Positions 48,132 to 56,836 of a DNA stretch of 64,000 bases are shown here, piece by piece. The DNA lies in the NCBI GenBank assembly GCA_902561325.1, contig CACEOL010000001.1, positions 156,209-220,208 on the forward strand, read 5' to 3'. The notes under the pieces were generated by a model, which worked only from the letters and a program-made list of their open reading frames with translations, was not told where the DNA came from and did no database searches. This stretch comes from an uncultured SAR86 cluster bacterium. Lineage in GTDB: Bacteria; Pseudomonadota; Gammaproteobacteria; Magnimaribacterales; AG-339-G14. Each line of letters starts with the position of its first letter. Position 1 is the first letter of the stretch. The translations under genes were made by a program, and so were the position numbers.

Positions 48132-50132
48132 ATGGCAAATATTCTGTCATTTCTGATGTTTAAAAATATATTTTGTTTCTTATTTGTTATTACGTTTTTT
48201 TTCTCTTGTTCTGAATTTGAGAAAAAAACAGAAAAAGAGTTAGCTCAAGAAAAATTCGGAGATATTCCTTTAGTCGAATACAAGCCTAGTCCCAATCCAG
48301 ATAAAAATGCTTATTTTGGTGACTTGCATGTTCATACGGAAAATTCTTTTGATGCCTATTCCTTTGGCACTACCGCTTCTCCCGCTGATGCTTATAAATA
48401 CGCTAAAGGAGAAGCAATAAAACACCCTACTGGTTATCACATTCAGTTATCAAGGCCTTTGGATTTTTATGCGGTTACGGATCATGGGGTATTTCTAGGT
48501 GTGGTTAAAGAGGCTGCTGATCCAGATAGTGAAATTGGACAATATGAAATTACTAAGCCTCTACATAATTTAAATGAGAATGTAAGTAATAGTTTTTTCT
48601 CCATTATTAGAAGAGGAGGAATGTTTAGACCATTTGCTCAAGAATTGGCAAATAGCATCCAAGACGGAACTGTAGATATGAAGATTTTACAGAAAGTTAT
48701 GAACGATACTTGGCTCAAAACGATTGAAGCTGCAGATCAAGCCTACGTTCCAGGTTCATTTACAACCTTTGCTGCCTATGAATATTCTTCATCGGTTGAG
48801 ATTTATGATACCTATTTGCACAGAAATGTAATTTTTAGAGACACGAAAAACTTACCCAAAAGAATTTTTACACGGGCCGACAGTTTAAATCCAGAAGACC
48901 TTTGGAAATGGATGGATGGACTGAGACTTAAGAGTATAGAAAGCTTGGCAATTCCTCACAATTCGAATATTTCAGGAGGTGCTGCTTTTAGGATGACTTA
49001 CTATGACGGCAAACCCATAGATGAAGCATATACTCTGCAAAGAACAAGAAATGAGCCTTTAGTTGAAGTTACTCAAGCAAAGGGTTCCTCCGAAACGCAT
49101 CCTTTACTATCAAAAAATGATGAATGGGCAGCATTTGAAATACCGGTAGAAAAGCAAGCTAAAGTTTTAGAAAATGCGAAAGGAAGTTATGTCCGAAATG
49201 CTTACTTAAGAGGACTGACTTTAGCTGAACAAGGCATAACAAATCCCTACAAATTTGGCCTTGTAGGGGCAAGTGACACTCATGTTGCTGGAGGTTCCTA
49301 CAGTGAAGAAAGTTTCTTTTCAAAAATTGGTCTGTTAGATGGAACTCCAGAACTAAGAGGTTCAGTTCCTTTCAATTGGGCTTTAGCTAAAGCTGCGAAA
49401 ATCTTTAGACCAGAATCTTTCGCTGAAATTAATGGTAAAGACTATATGGCAGTAACAGACAGGCTGATAGGCTTCTCAGCCTCAGGCCTTACTGGAGTTT
49501 GGGCAAAAGAAAACACTCGCGAGGATATTTATGATGCCTTCAGAAGGAAAGAAACCTTTGCTACCAGTGGCCCAAGAATTAAAGTGCGCTTTTTTTCAGG
49601 TTATGATTTTGAAGATGCCAAAATTAATGACTTAGATCTTGTTAAAAAAGCCTATGAGGGTAATTTATCTATGGGTTCCACCATTAGTATAGAAAAAGAG
49701 AAGGAACCAAAATTTTTGGTATGGGCTTCTGCAGATCCATTGGGTGCTCCGCTTCAAAGAATTCAAATTATTAAAGGTTGGTTAGAAAATGGAGAACACC
49801 AAGAAAAAGTATATGACGTTGTATGCTCAGATGGATTACTTGTCAATTCGTCCACACATCGTTGTCCTGACAATGGAGCTAAAGTTGATATTGAAAACTG
49901 TTCTGTAAGTATAAATTCTGGAGCCTCAGAGTTGAAGACTTTTTGGTTAGACCCTGATTTCTTGATGAATCAAAGAGCTTTTTATTATGTAAGAGTTTTA
50001 GAAAATCCAGTTTGTCGATGGTCAACTTGGGACTCGATCAGAGCAGGTGTTGAACCAAGATCTGATATTCCAGCAACCATACAAGAAAGGGCCTGGACTT
50101 CACCAATTTGGTTTGAACCATCCAAATCTTGA
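48132..50132 (+). CDS. DUF3604-family protein (PHP-like metal site), probable lipoprotein
   Basis: 666 aa. Signal peptide ending in FFFSC (lipobox-like). GDLHVHTENSFDAY is a PHP-type HxH. The sequence AWTSPIWF lies close to the C-terminus, as in DUF3604. Confidence 0.7.
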   Translation: MANILSFLMFKNIFCFLFVITFFFSCSEFEKKTEKELAQEKFGDIPLVEYKPSPNPDKNAYFGDLHVHTENSFDAYSFGTTASPADAYKYAKGEAIKHPTGYHIQLSRPLDFYAVTDHGVFLGVVKEAADPDSEIGQYEITKPLHNLNENVSNSFFSIIRRGGMFRPFAQELANSIQDGTVDMKILQKVMNDTWLKTIEAADQAYVPGSFTTFAAYEYSSSVEIYDTYLHRNVIFRDTKNLPKRIFTRADSLNPEDLWKWMDGLRLKSIESLAIPHNSNISGGAAFRMTYYDGKPIDEAYTLQRTRNEPLVEVTQAKGSSETHPLLSKNDEWAAFEIPVEKQAKVLENAKGSYVRNAYLRGLTLAEQGITNPYKFGLVGASDTHVAGGSYSEESFFSKIGLLDGTPELRGSVPFNWALAKAAKIFRPESFAEINGKDYMAVTDRLIGFSASGLTGVWAKENTREDIYDAFRRKETFATSGPRIKVRFFSGYDFEDAKINDLDLVKKAYEGNLSMGSTISIEKEKEPKFLVWASADPLGAPLQRIQIIKGWLENGEHQEKVYDVVCSDGLLVNSSTHRCPDNGAKVDIENCSVSINSGASELKTFWLDPDFLMNQRAFYYVRVLENPVCRWSTWDSIRAGVEPRSDIPATIQERAWTSPIWFEPSKS

Positions 50133-50170
50133 AAAATTTATTTCTCTGTTAGAAAATTCTTTCAGTTACT

Positions 50171-51469
50171 ATGAAAACCCTTTTTTCAAAGTTTAAAAAT
50201 CTTTTGCTAATTGGTGCTTACAAAATCCTAGTGATTTTTGAGAAACTCACCAATAAGGGAATCGCCTTAGACTTCATTTCAAAAGATTACATTGATAATC
50301 CTTACAAAACTTACAACTTAATGAGGTCTCACAAACCGATTTTATTTTCTCAGACAACAAGATTGCATTGGGTCACTAAGATGGAATTTGCTCAGGAAAT
50401 GTTGAGAGATAAGAGATTTAGTGTGGATGACCGTAAATATCCGATAGCAGATAAACGCAGAAAAGAATTCAAAAAAGCTGGCAGAGAAATAATGTTGGAA
50501 CAATTCGAAAATCCCAGCATGTTGAAGCTTGATCCTCCTGATCATTCTCGAATCAGGAAACTCGTTCAGTATGGATTTACCAATAGATATATTTCTTCAT
50601 TAGAGCCTGAAATTAAGTCCGTTGTCGATAACTGTTTAGATAAAATCCATAATCAAGATTCTTTTGATTTGATAGAGGATTTAGCAAAGCCCTTGCCCGC
50701 TATAGTGATTGCAAAAATGATGGGCCTTCCTGATAAAGACTTAGATCAATTTCAATCTTGGTCTGAGGATCTTCTCGTAGGAGTAGGCGGAATAGGAACT
50801 TCAAAAGAAGATATCAAAAAATCAGGTGATGCTTATGAGTCTTTAATTAATTATTTTGAAGAGATAATTTTAGAAAGAAAAGATTCACCAGGGGAAGATT
50901 TCATTGGTAAATTGATTAAGGCTGAGGAAGAAGGTGACAAATTAAACATCAAGGAAATGTATGGCACTTGCCTGCTGCTTTTAATTGCAGGTCATGAAAC
51001 TACTACCCGTTTAATAGGAAATGGAATGTTTACATTGTTCAAACATCAAGAGCAATTCAATCATCTTAAAAATAATTACAACTTGATTCCCAACGCTATA
51101 GAAGAAATGCTTAGATATGAACCGCCAGTTCATGCCACGGTTAGATTTGCTGAAAATGATATGACCTATGATGAAAAATCCTACAAAAGAGGAACTGCTT
51201 TTGCAGTTAGTATTGCAGGTGCCAATAGAGATCCTGAGGCCAACAAAAATCCTAATGAATTTAATATTCTTAGAGAAGAAATAAAACATATTTCTTTTGG
51301 TTATGGTCCGCATATGTGTATTGGGGCAAGCTTAGCTAGAATAGAGTCTAGAATAGCTTTCGAAGTTTTATTTGAAAGATACCCTGGGATGGCTCTACTA
51401 GAGAAAAATCCTGTTTGGGGAAAAAATCTTATTTTTAGAGGGTTTAATCATTTAAAAATAAAATCTTAA
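50171..51469 (+). CDS. Cytochrome P450
   Basis: 432 aa. Has LLIAGHETTT (I-helix), EEMLRYEPPV (ExxR) and FGYGPHMCIGASLA (Cys ligand loop). Confidence 0.9.
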   Translation: MKTLFSKFKNLLLIGAYKILVIFEKLTNKGIALDFISKDYIDNPYKTYNLMRSHKPILFSQTTRLHWVTKMEFAQEMLRDKRFSVDDRKYPIADKRRKEFKKAGREIMLEQFENPSMLKLDPPDHSRIRKLVQYGFTNRYISSLEPEIKSVVDNCLDKIHNQDSFDLIEDLAKPLPAIVIAKMMGLPDKDLDQFQSWSEDLLVGVGGIGTSKEDIKKSGDAYESLINYFEEIILERKDSPGEDFIGKLIKAEEEGDKLNIKEMYGTCLLLLIAGHETTTRLIGNGMFTLFKHQEQFNHLKNNYNLIPNAIEEMLRYEPPVHATVRFAENDMTYDEKSYKRGTAFAVSIAGANRDPEANKNPNEFNILREEIKHISFGYGPHMCIGASLARIESRIAFEVLFERYPGMALLEKNPVWGKNLIFRGFNHLKIKS

Positions 51470-51500
51470 AAAAAAGGCACCCTATTGGGTGCCTTTTTTT
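51468..51500. terminator. Bidirectional rho-independent terminator shared by the P450 gene and the TBDR gene
   Basis: AAAAAAAA-GGCACCC-TATT-GGGTGCC-TTTTTTT. A GC-rich 7-bp stem flanked by an A-run and a T-run, so it can terminate transcripts from both strands. Confidence 0.85.
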
Positions 51501-51513
51501 ATAAAGAGTTTAT

Positions 51514-54237
51514 TTAGAACTTATGTATAACTTCTAAACCTGCTCTCATACCTGGATAGTACTTAATTCTAGCACCACCACCTTGGCTTTGAGGATAGAT
51601 AAGAGAGAAAGCTATATCATCTTTTTCATCAAGACAATTTGTGCAGAAACCTCTTAAGGAAGTTCCATTATTAAACTCTATCGTTGTAGAAAAGTTTAAT
51701 CTTTCAACAGTATCGTTGAATGTAAGACCTTCTACTCTTTCGTCACCTAAAGCGATATCAGATTTATATGAGTAACTAGCACCTATAACTACATCACCGA
51801 TATTTGTAGGCTGAACATGATTTACTGAAAGAATCATAGATTGTTCAGGAGTCCAAGGCATGCTTCCGCCTGCTCTTGAATAAGATCCAGCTGAGTTAGG
51901 ATTACAAGCTGTAAAAGTACCATGAACTTCAGACCAATCTCTAGAATCATCACAATAACTATCATATTGTGCATCGATGTAGGAGTAATCAAAGTTAATT
52001 GTTGTACCCATACCAACTCTAGCAGTCATGTTTAAATCCAAACCATTAATGGTTGAAGCACCTGCATTTCTAGTTATACCAATTGGCAGTCCTTGAACAA
52101 CAGAAACTTTAATGACTTGTTTATTAGTCCAGTCATAAGTGTATCCTGTTGCACTTAATCTTAAAGAATCGTTAAGAAAAGAACCTTTGTAACCAATTTC
52201 ATACATTTCTAGTTCTTCCGGATCAAAACCTTGATCAACTAACTCTCTAAAATAAGTTGCAAATTGCCATCCGCCGCCTTTAAAGCCCGTAGCATAAGTG
52301 AACCATAACATGGAGTCATCTGTAGGCTTATAATCAATAGTCAGTTTAGGATCGGTTGAAGTCCAAGAAGCTTGGTTTGTTGCTGTAAAAGTTTGAGCTG
52401 TTGAAGCTATTGGCGCAATTCCAATTCCTTGAAGTGCAACTAAAGTTCCAAATGCAGCCATATAGTCTGCATTCCCAGCTGTATCATTAGCATCTATTGC
52501 AGCCAATGTTGGTATAGCTGCTGCTTGAGCTCCCAATGCAGCTATTCCGCCATCCACAACTGCTTTTTGTCCAGCAAAAGTTTGAGCAGTGTAATGGGTA
52601 GATGGATTAGCTGGATTAAAACCTGCTGCAGCAAGATTATTTGGAATTACTAATTGTGCAGGGACCCCAACTGCATTTGATGAGGTTATATAAGTCATTC
52701 CTTTAGTATCATAAGTATATCTAGCTCCCAAAGTAATATTCCATTGATCTGCCATTGGGATAGTTACCTGACCAAAAGCAGCTGAAGATTTATTATTTAT
52801 CCTTAAATCTAAAGCAGCAGTTCCATGATTTTCATAAAATTGAGAAGTAGCAATTCCCCAATCTTCTGCCAAAAGAGCATTAGTTTGGGCTGGTCCAGTG
52901 TAGGTTCCTGCCATATAAGCTTGAAGATTTGTTATTGCTCCAGCAGTAAATATTCCACCATCAGCAACAGCAACTCCAGCAGCTCCTGCCATATTAAATG
53001 CTCCTTCGGGACCTGTTTTAAAAACATCGATTCTGTCACCGTAATCTAAAAAGGAATAGATTCCAGCAACCCATTGAATTTCGTCTTCAGCTTTTGAACT
53101 CCATCTCAATTCAATATTTGACTGGTTAGTTTTTTGAATAGAAGACTGAGAAAAAGATTTTGCAGCTGTTGCATCAAAATCCTTTAATTCTTCACCTTGG
53201 TTTTGGTTAGTAGATGCAATTACAGTCAAATCATAATTATCTCTAAAAAGTTTTATACGCGCTGCTAATAAAGAGTCGTCTCTTCTGTCAAAAGTATTTT
53301 CACTTTGAGCAGTAGAATAAGGATCAGCTCTTAAGGCTGCAATTGCTGCATCATCAGATGCGTAAGCTGCGGCAGCTGCAAGATTCGTCTGAAAGACATC
53401 TAGGCCTTGAGCTGCTGCTGCAGCACTAGCCTTTATGAGATTAAACTGTTGAGCGCTACATTCTGTAGCATTTCTACAAATTTTCACTTCGGATACAAGA
53501 CCATCAACCTTTGAGACGGCATTCTCTGCAGTAAAAGACCACTCCATATCAGAACCTTCCCCAAAAAGGGAAAATCTAATATTTTCGTTTTTTGGTCCAT
53601 CATCAGATCCGCCAAAACTAGTGTCTGTATGAACACCTTCAATGTCTTGATAACCAATAACCATTCGACCATAAAGACCATCACTTAATTCTCCGGATAA
53701 CATGTAGCTTAAAGACTCATAGCCAGAGTCGCCTGCCCCTACTTTGATTTTTTGTTCAAACTCACTAGTTGGTTTTTTATAAAAAATACTTACGGCGCCT
53801 CCTAAAGCATTTCTACCGTATAACGTTCCTTGAGGACCTTTCAAAATTTCAATACGTTCTATATCTACTAATCCAGACATAACTGATTGAACTCTTGGCA
53901 TGTAAACTTCATCGACAAACAATGCGTTTGATGATTCGGAACCGATATCAAATTTAGTTGAGCCAATTCCCCTGAGCCAGATGTTCGCTCTTCCAGGATC
54001 TTCACCAGACATCATCATGTCAGGAATCATATTTGTTAAATCATTAGTATCTCTAACACCAGCGTCTTCTAGCATATCGCCAGAAAAGGCTTGAAGTGCT
54101 GAAGGCACATCCAATAAGTTTTGTTCTCTCTTTTGAGAGGTAACTACCATTTCTTCTAAAGCTTCTTGAGCTAAAGTAAAGGTAGAAGTAAGAAGAAGAG
54201 TTATAGAAACTCCATACTTTAAAAAGGTCTTAATCAT
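51514..54237 (-). CDS. TonB-dependent outer-membrane receptor (907 aa)
   Basis: Signal peptide, TonB-box-like EEMVVTSQ, plug-domain motifs (IERIEILKGPQGTLYGRNALGGAV), and a long beta-barrel ending in a terminal Phe (...EVIHKF). Confidence 0.9.
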   Translation of the reverse strand: MIKTFLKYGVSITLLLTSTFTLAQEALEEMVVTSQKREQNLLDVPSALQAFSGDMLEDAGVRDTNDLTNMIPDMMMSGEDPGRANIWLRGIGSTKFDIGSESSNALFVDEVYMPRVQSVMSGLVDIERIEILKGPQGTLYGRNALGGAVSIFYKKPTSEFEQKIKVGAGDSGYESLSYMLSGELSDGLYGRMVIGYQDIEGVHTDTSFGGSDDGPKNENIRFSLFGEGSDMEWSFTAENAVSKVDGLVSEVKICRNATECSAQQFNLIKASAAAAAQGLDVFQTNLAAAAAYASDDAAIAALRADPYSTAQSENTFDRRDDSLLAARIKLFRDNYDLTVIASTNQNQGEELKDFDATAAKSFSQSSIQKTNQSNIELRWSSKAEDEIQWVAGIYSFLDYGDRIDVFKTGPEGAFNMAGAAGVAVADGGIFTAGAITNLQAYMAGTYTGPAQTNALLAEDWGIATSQFYENHGTAALDLRINNKSSAAFGQVTIPMADQWNITLGARYTYDTKGMTYITSSNAVGVPAQLVIPNNLAAAGFNPANPSTHYTAQTFAGQKAVVDGGIAALGAQAAAIPTLAAIDANDTAGNADYMAAFGTLVALQGIGIAPIASTAQTFTATNQASWTSTDPKLTIDYKPTDDSMLWFTYATGFKGGGWQFATYFRELVDQGFDPEELEMYEIGYKGSFLNDSLRLSATGYTYDWTNKQVIKVSVVQGLPIGITRNAGASTINGLDLNMTARVGMGTTINFDYSYIDAQYDSYCDDSRDWSEVHGTFTACNPNSAGSYSRAGGSMPWTPEQSMILSVNHVQPTNIGDVVIGASYSYKSDIALGDERVEGLTFNDTVERLNFSTTIEFNNGTSLRGFCTNCLDEKDDIAFSLIYPQSQGGGARIKYYPGMRAGLEVIHKF

Positions 54238-54259
54238 TTTTCCCCCTAGTTAAACTAAT

Positions 54260-54274
54260 TCGACATGATGTCGA
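54260..54274. promoter_or_regulatory. Perfect 15-bp palindrome TCGACATGATGTCGA in the TBDR leader
   Basis: 7-bp arms around a central G. It lies 23-37 nt upstream of the TBDR ATG and just upstream of its AGGGGGA RBS. It could be an operator or a 5'-UTR hairpin. Confidence 0.4.
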
Positions 54275-54312
54275 TTTCAGGTGTGGATTCTATCAAAAAG
54301 TAAGATGATTTG

Positions 54313-54329
54313 TGCACTAAAATGGTGCT
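54313..54329. promoter_or_regulatory. Near-consensus NtrC-type box TGCACTAAAATGGTGCT
   Basis: Compare the enteric consensus TGCACCA-N3-TGGTGCA. Shares the TGCACTA half-site with the boxes upstream of glnII. Lies in the 205-bp divergent region between the TBDR and Fe-ADH genes. Confidence 0.55.
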
Positions 54330-54442
54330 TCTCAGTACTATCCGATATTTAGGTGTCAAAAAGTTAAACCTAACTAAAAGAAGACTTCCCCCAAGAAAAT
54401 AAATATGATTACATTTAGTCTTTGTTTTAAGAAGGAGATGAG

Positions 54443-55573
54443 ATGCAACTAAGATATTTTAACCAACCCCATTTTGAAAATGGATCTCTCAAGCTAATAT
54501 CGCAAGTTTTGAAAGAACATGGGATAAGTAAGCCACTAATTTGTACTGATCCCGGTCTAGTGGCTATTGGAATGACAGACAAAATTCGTAATCTCCTTTC
54601 AAACGAATTATCTCCAACTTTTTATACAGAAACTCCTGCCAATCCAACAGAACAAGCTGTAAATGATGCTTTGCATATGTATAAACAGAATGATTGTGAT
54701 GGTGTAGTTGGGTTTGGCGGAGGTTCAAGTATGGATCTTGCTAAGGCAGTTGCGTTAATGGCAAATCATGAAGGTAATGTCGTAGATTATTCTGTCAATG
54801 AAGGTGGTACTGGAAAAATTACAGAAACAGTTCCAACAATTGCCATCCCAACCACTTCTGGAACAGGAAGTGAGGTCTCTCTTGGGGCAGTCATAATTAT
54901 GAATGATGGGAGAAAATTAATTTTGGCAAGTGATTATTTAGTACCAAATGCAGCCATTTGTGATCCAGAATTAACTATGGGTCTTCCTCCGGTGCTTACA
55001 GCTGGAGCAGGAATGGACGCATTAACTCATTGTATTGAAGCTGTTTTATCCCCTTTGGATGATCCACCGGCTGAGGCAATCGGCCTAGATGGTGTAGAAA
55101 GGATTATAAGAAAAGAAAGTCTTGTTAGAGCTTGCGAAGATGGCCAAGACAAAGATGCTAGATGGAACATGATGATGGCATCTACTGAAGGAGCAATGGC
55201 TTTTTCAAAGGGCTTAGGAGCTGTACATTCAATGAGTCATGCTGTTGGAGCAGATCAAGAACTTAGATTGCATCATGGCACTTTAAATGGTGTGATTTTG
55301 CCAACAATCTTGAGATTCAATAAAGACCATGTGGGAGATAAATACGCAAGAATTGCTAGAGCAATGGGTAAAGAAGAATCAACTGACTTAGCGGACGAGA
55401 TAGAAAAATTAAATGAAAAGATTGGTCTTCCAAATGGGTTAGCTGCCATGGGGGTCACGGAGGAGATGATTCCTGCCTTAGTAGAGCATTCAATGACTGA
55501 TCCTAGTAATATGACGACGCCAAGATTACCTTCTCAAGATGAATGGGAAAAACTGTTTTTAGAGGCAATGTAA
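54443..55573 (+). CDS. Iron-containing (group III) alcohol dehydrogenase
   Basis: 376 aa. Has GFGGGSSMDLAKA, PTTSGTGSE, DALTHCIEA and HSMSHAVG. GAAGGAG RBS. Confidence 0.85.
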   Translation: MQLRYFNQPHFENGSLKLISQVLKEHGISKPLICTDPGLVAIGMTDKIRNLLSNELSPTFYTETPANPTEQAVNDALHMYKQNDCDGVVGFGGGSSMDLAKAVALMANHEGNVVDYSVNEGGTGKITETVPTIAIPTTSGTGSEVSLGAVIIMNDGRKLILASDYLVPNAAICDPELTMGLPPVLTAGAGMDALTHCIEAVLSPLDDPPAEAIGLDGVERIIRKESLVRACEDGQDKDARWNMMMASTEGAMAFSKGLGAVHSMSHAVGADQELRLHHGTLNGVILPTILRFNKDHVGDKYARIARAMGKEESTDLADEIEKLNEKIGLPNGLAAMGVTEEMIPALVEHSMTDPSNMTTPRLPSQDEWEKLFLEAM

Positions 55574-55591
55574 TTTAAATAGGATTTGAAT

Positions 55592-56350
55592 ATGGAAAAA
55601 GTTTGTTTAGTAATTGGAGCTGGAGCCGGTATTGGAGGAACTGTGGCAAAAAGATTTGCCAAAGAAGGATACCATGCATATCTAGCAAGAAGGACAGATG
55701 AGGAAGGACTCAATAAATTAATAAAAGAAATTTCAGATGCAGGAGGAAAAGCTTCTGGTTCTTTGCTTAATGTAATTGAAGAAAATTCAATTGAAGATTT
55801 AGTAAATAAAATCGAATCCGACATAGGTCCAATTGATACTGTTATTTACAATATCGGAGCTCAAATAGGCGATCGCTCTTTAGCCGAAACTAGTTATAAA
55901 GCATTTGAAATGGGTTGGCGTATGGCTACTTTTGGCTTGTTTAGACTAGCTCAGGTTTTGACTCCAAAAATGAAGGAAAGACAAGAAGGAAATATTATAG
56001 TGACCTCTGCTACTTCTGCAGTAAGGGGTAATAAAGGACAACACTCGCATGCAGCGGCAATGGGAGGTAGAAGAATGCTATGCCAATCATTGAATGCTGA
56101 GTTTGCGAAATCAGGTATTCATGTTGCCCATGTCATTATTGACGGGGCGGTGGATGCTCCTGATACTCTTGGAAAGATGTTGGGCTCTGACTTATTTGAA
56201 AAATTTAAAAAGCAGAAAGGTGTTGATGGCATGATTTTGCCTGAGAATGTTGCCGATACTTATCTCTTTTTAGCACAACAAACTAAATCAACTTGGACTC
56301 ATGAGATTGATATAAGAGCTTTCTCAGACCAAGCTTGGTGGAATCATTAA
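55592..56350 (+). CDS. Short-chain dehydrogenase/reductase
   Basis: Has VIGAGAGIGG and SATSAVRG. ATG at 55592, after the AGGA RBS, is preferred over TTG at 55586. Confidence 0.8.
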   Translation: MEKVCLVIGAGAGIGGTVAKRFAKEGYHAYLARRTDEEGLNKLIKEISDAGGKASGSLLNVIEENSIEDLVNKIESDIGPIDTVIYNIGAQIGDRSLAETSYKAFEMGWRMATFGLFRLAQVLTPKMKERQEGNIIVTSATSAVRGNKGQHSHAAAMGGRRMLCQSLNAEFAKSGIHVAHVIIDGAVDAPDTLGKMLGSDLFEKFKKQKGVDGMILPENVADTYLFLAQQTKSTWTHEIDIRAFSDQAWWNH

Positions 56351-56368
56351 TTTATATAGGAGATTTTC

Positions 56369-56833
56369 ATGAGATATCTATCTTTGATTTTAGTTGTTAT
56401 ATCCACTTCTCTTTTTAGCATGCATCATGAAAAATTAGACGTTATCGTTTTTGCGATTGATTTAGAAATAATTGATGGCCAAAAAAATAAAGCTAGAAAC
56501 TTTGTTTCAAGAATTACAGACAACGTAAATAAAAAAGAGCCGCAAACACTAGTTTATCAATATCATTTTTCAAAAAAAGAAAATAAAGTTTTTCTTTTGG
56601 AAATTTATCCCAATAACGAAGCAGCTTTAATCCATATGGATAATTTTCTAGGGAGTAAATGGGAGGCTGAGTTTGTCAAAAACTTTTCAATAAGTAATTT
56701 TCAGGTTTTAGGAAACGCAAATTCAAAACTTAAGAAATCTTTAGAGCCATTTACTAAAGATTTCCGAAGTAACCTTTTAGGTTTTGATAGAGTTGCAAAT
56801 CAACTCGGCGAGGAAATTTCTAAGATTAAATAA
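56369..56833 (+). CDS. Secreted ABM-like (dimeric alpha/beta barrel) protein
   Basis: 154 aa. Signal peptide MRYLSLILVVISTSLFS. The core LVYQYHFSKKENKVFLLEIYPNNEAALIHMDNF resembles antibiotic-biosynthesis-monooxygenase domains. Weak call. Confidence 0.4.
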   Translation: MRYLSLILVVISTSLFSMHHEKLDVIVFAIDLEIIDGQKNKARNFVSRITDNVNKKEPQTLVYQYHFSKKENKVFLLEIYPNNEAALIHMDNFLGSKWEAEFVKNFSISNFQVLGNANSKLKKSLEPFTKDFRSNLLGFDRVANQLGEEISKIK

Positions 56834-56836
56834 CTT

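Noticed and set aside
54238-54442. Riboswitch (for example cobalamin) or Fur box in the 205-bp TBDR leader/divergent region
   Set aside because: I found no B12-box (GCCACTG-like) or other riboswitch core sequences on either strand, and no match to the Fur consensus. Only the palindrome and the NtrC-like box stand out.
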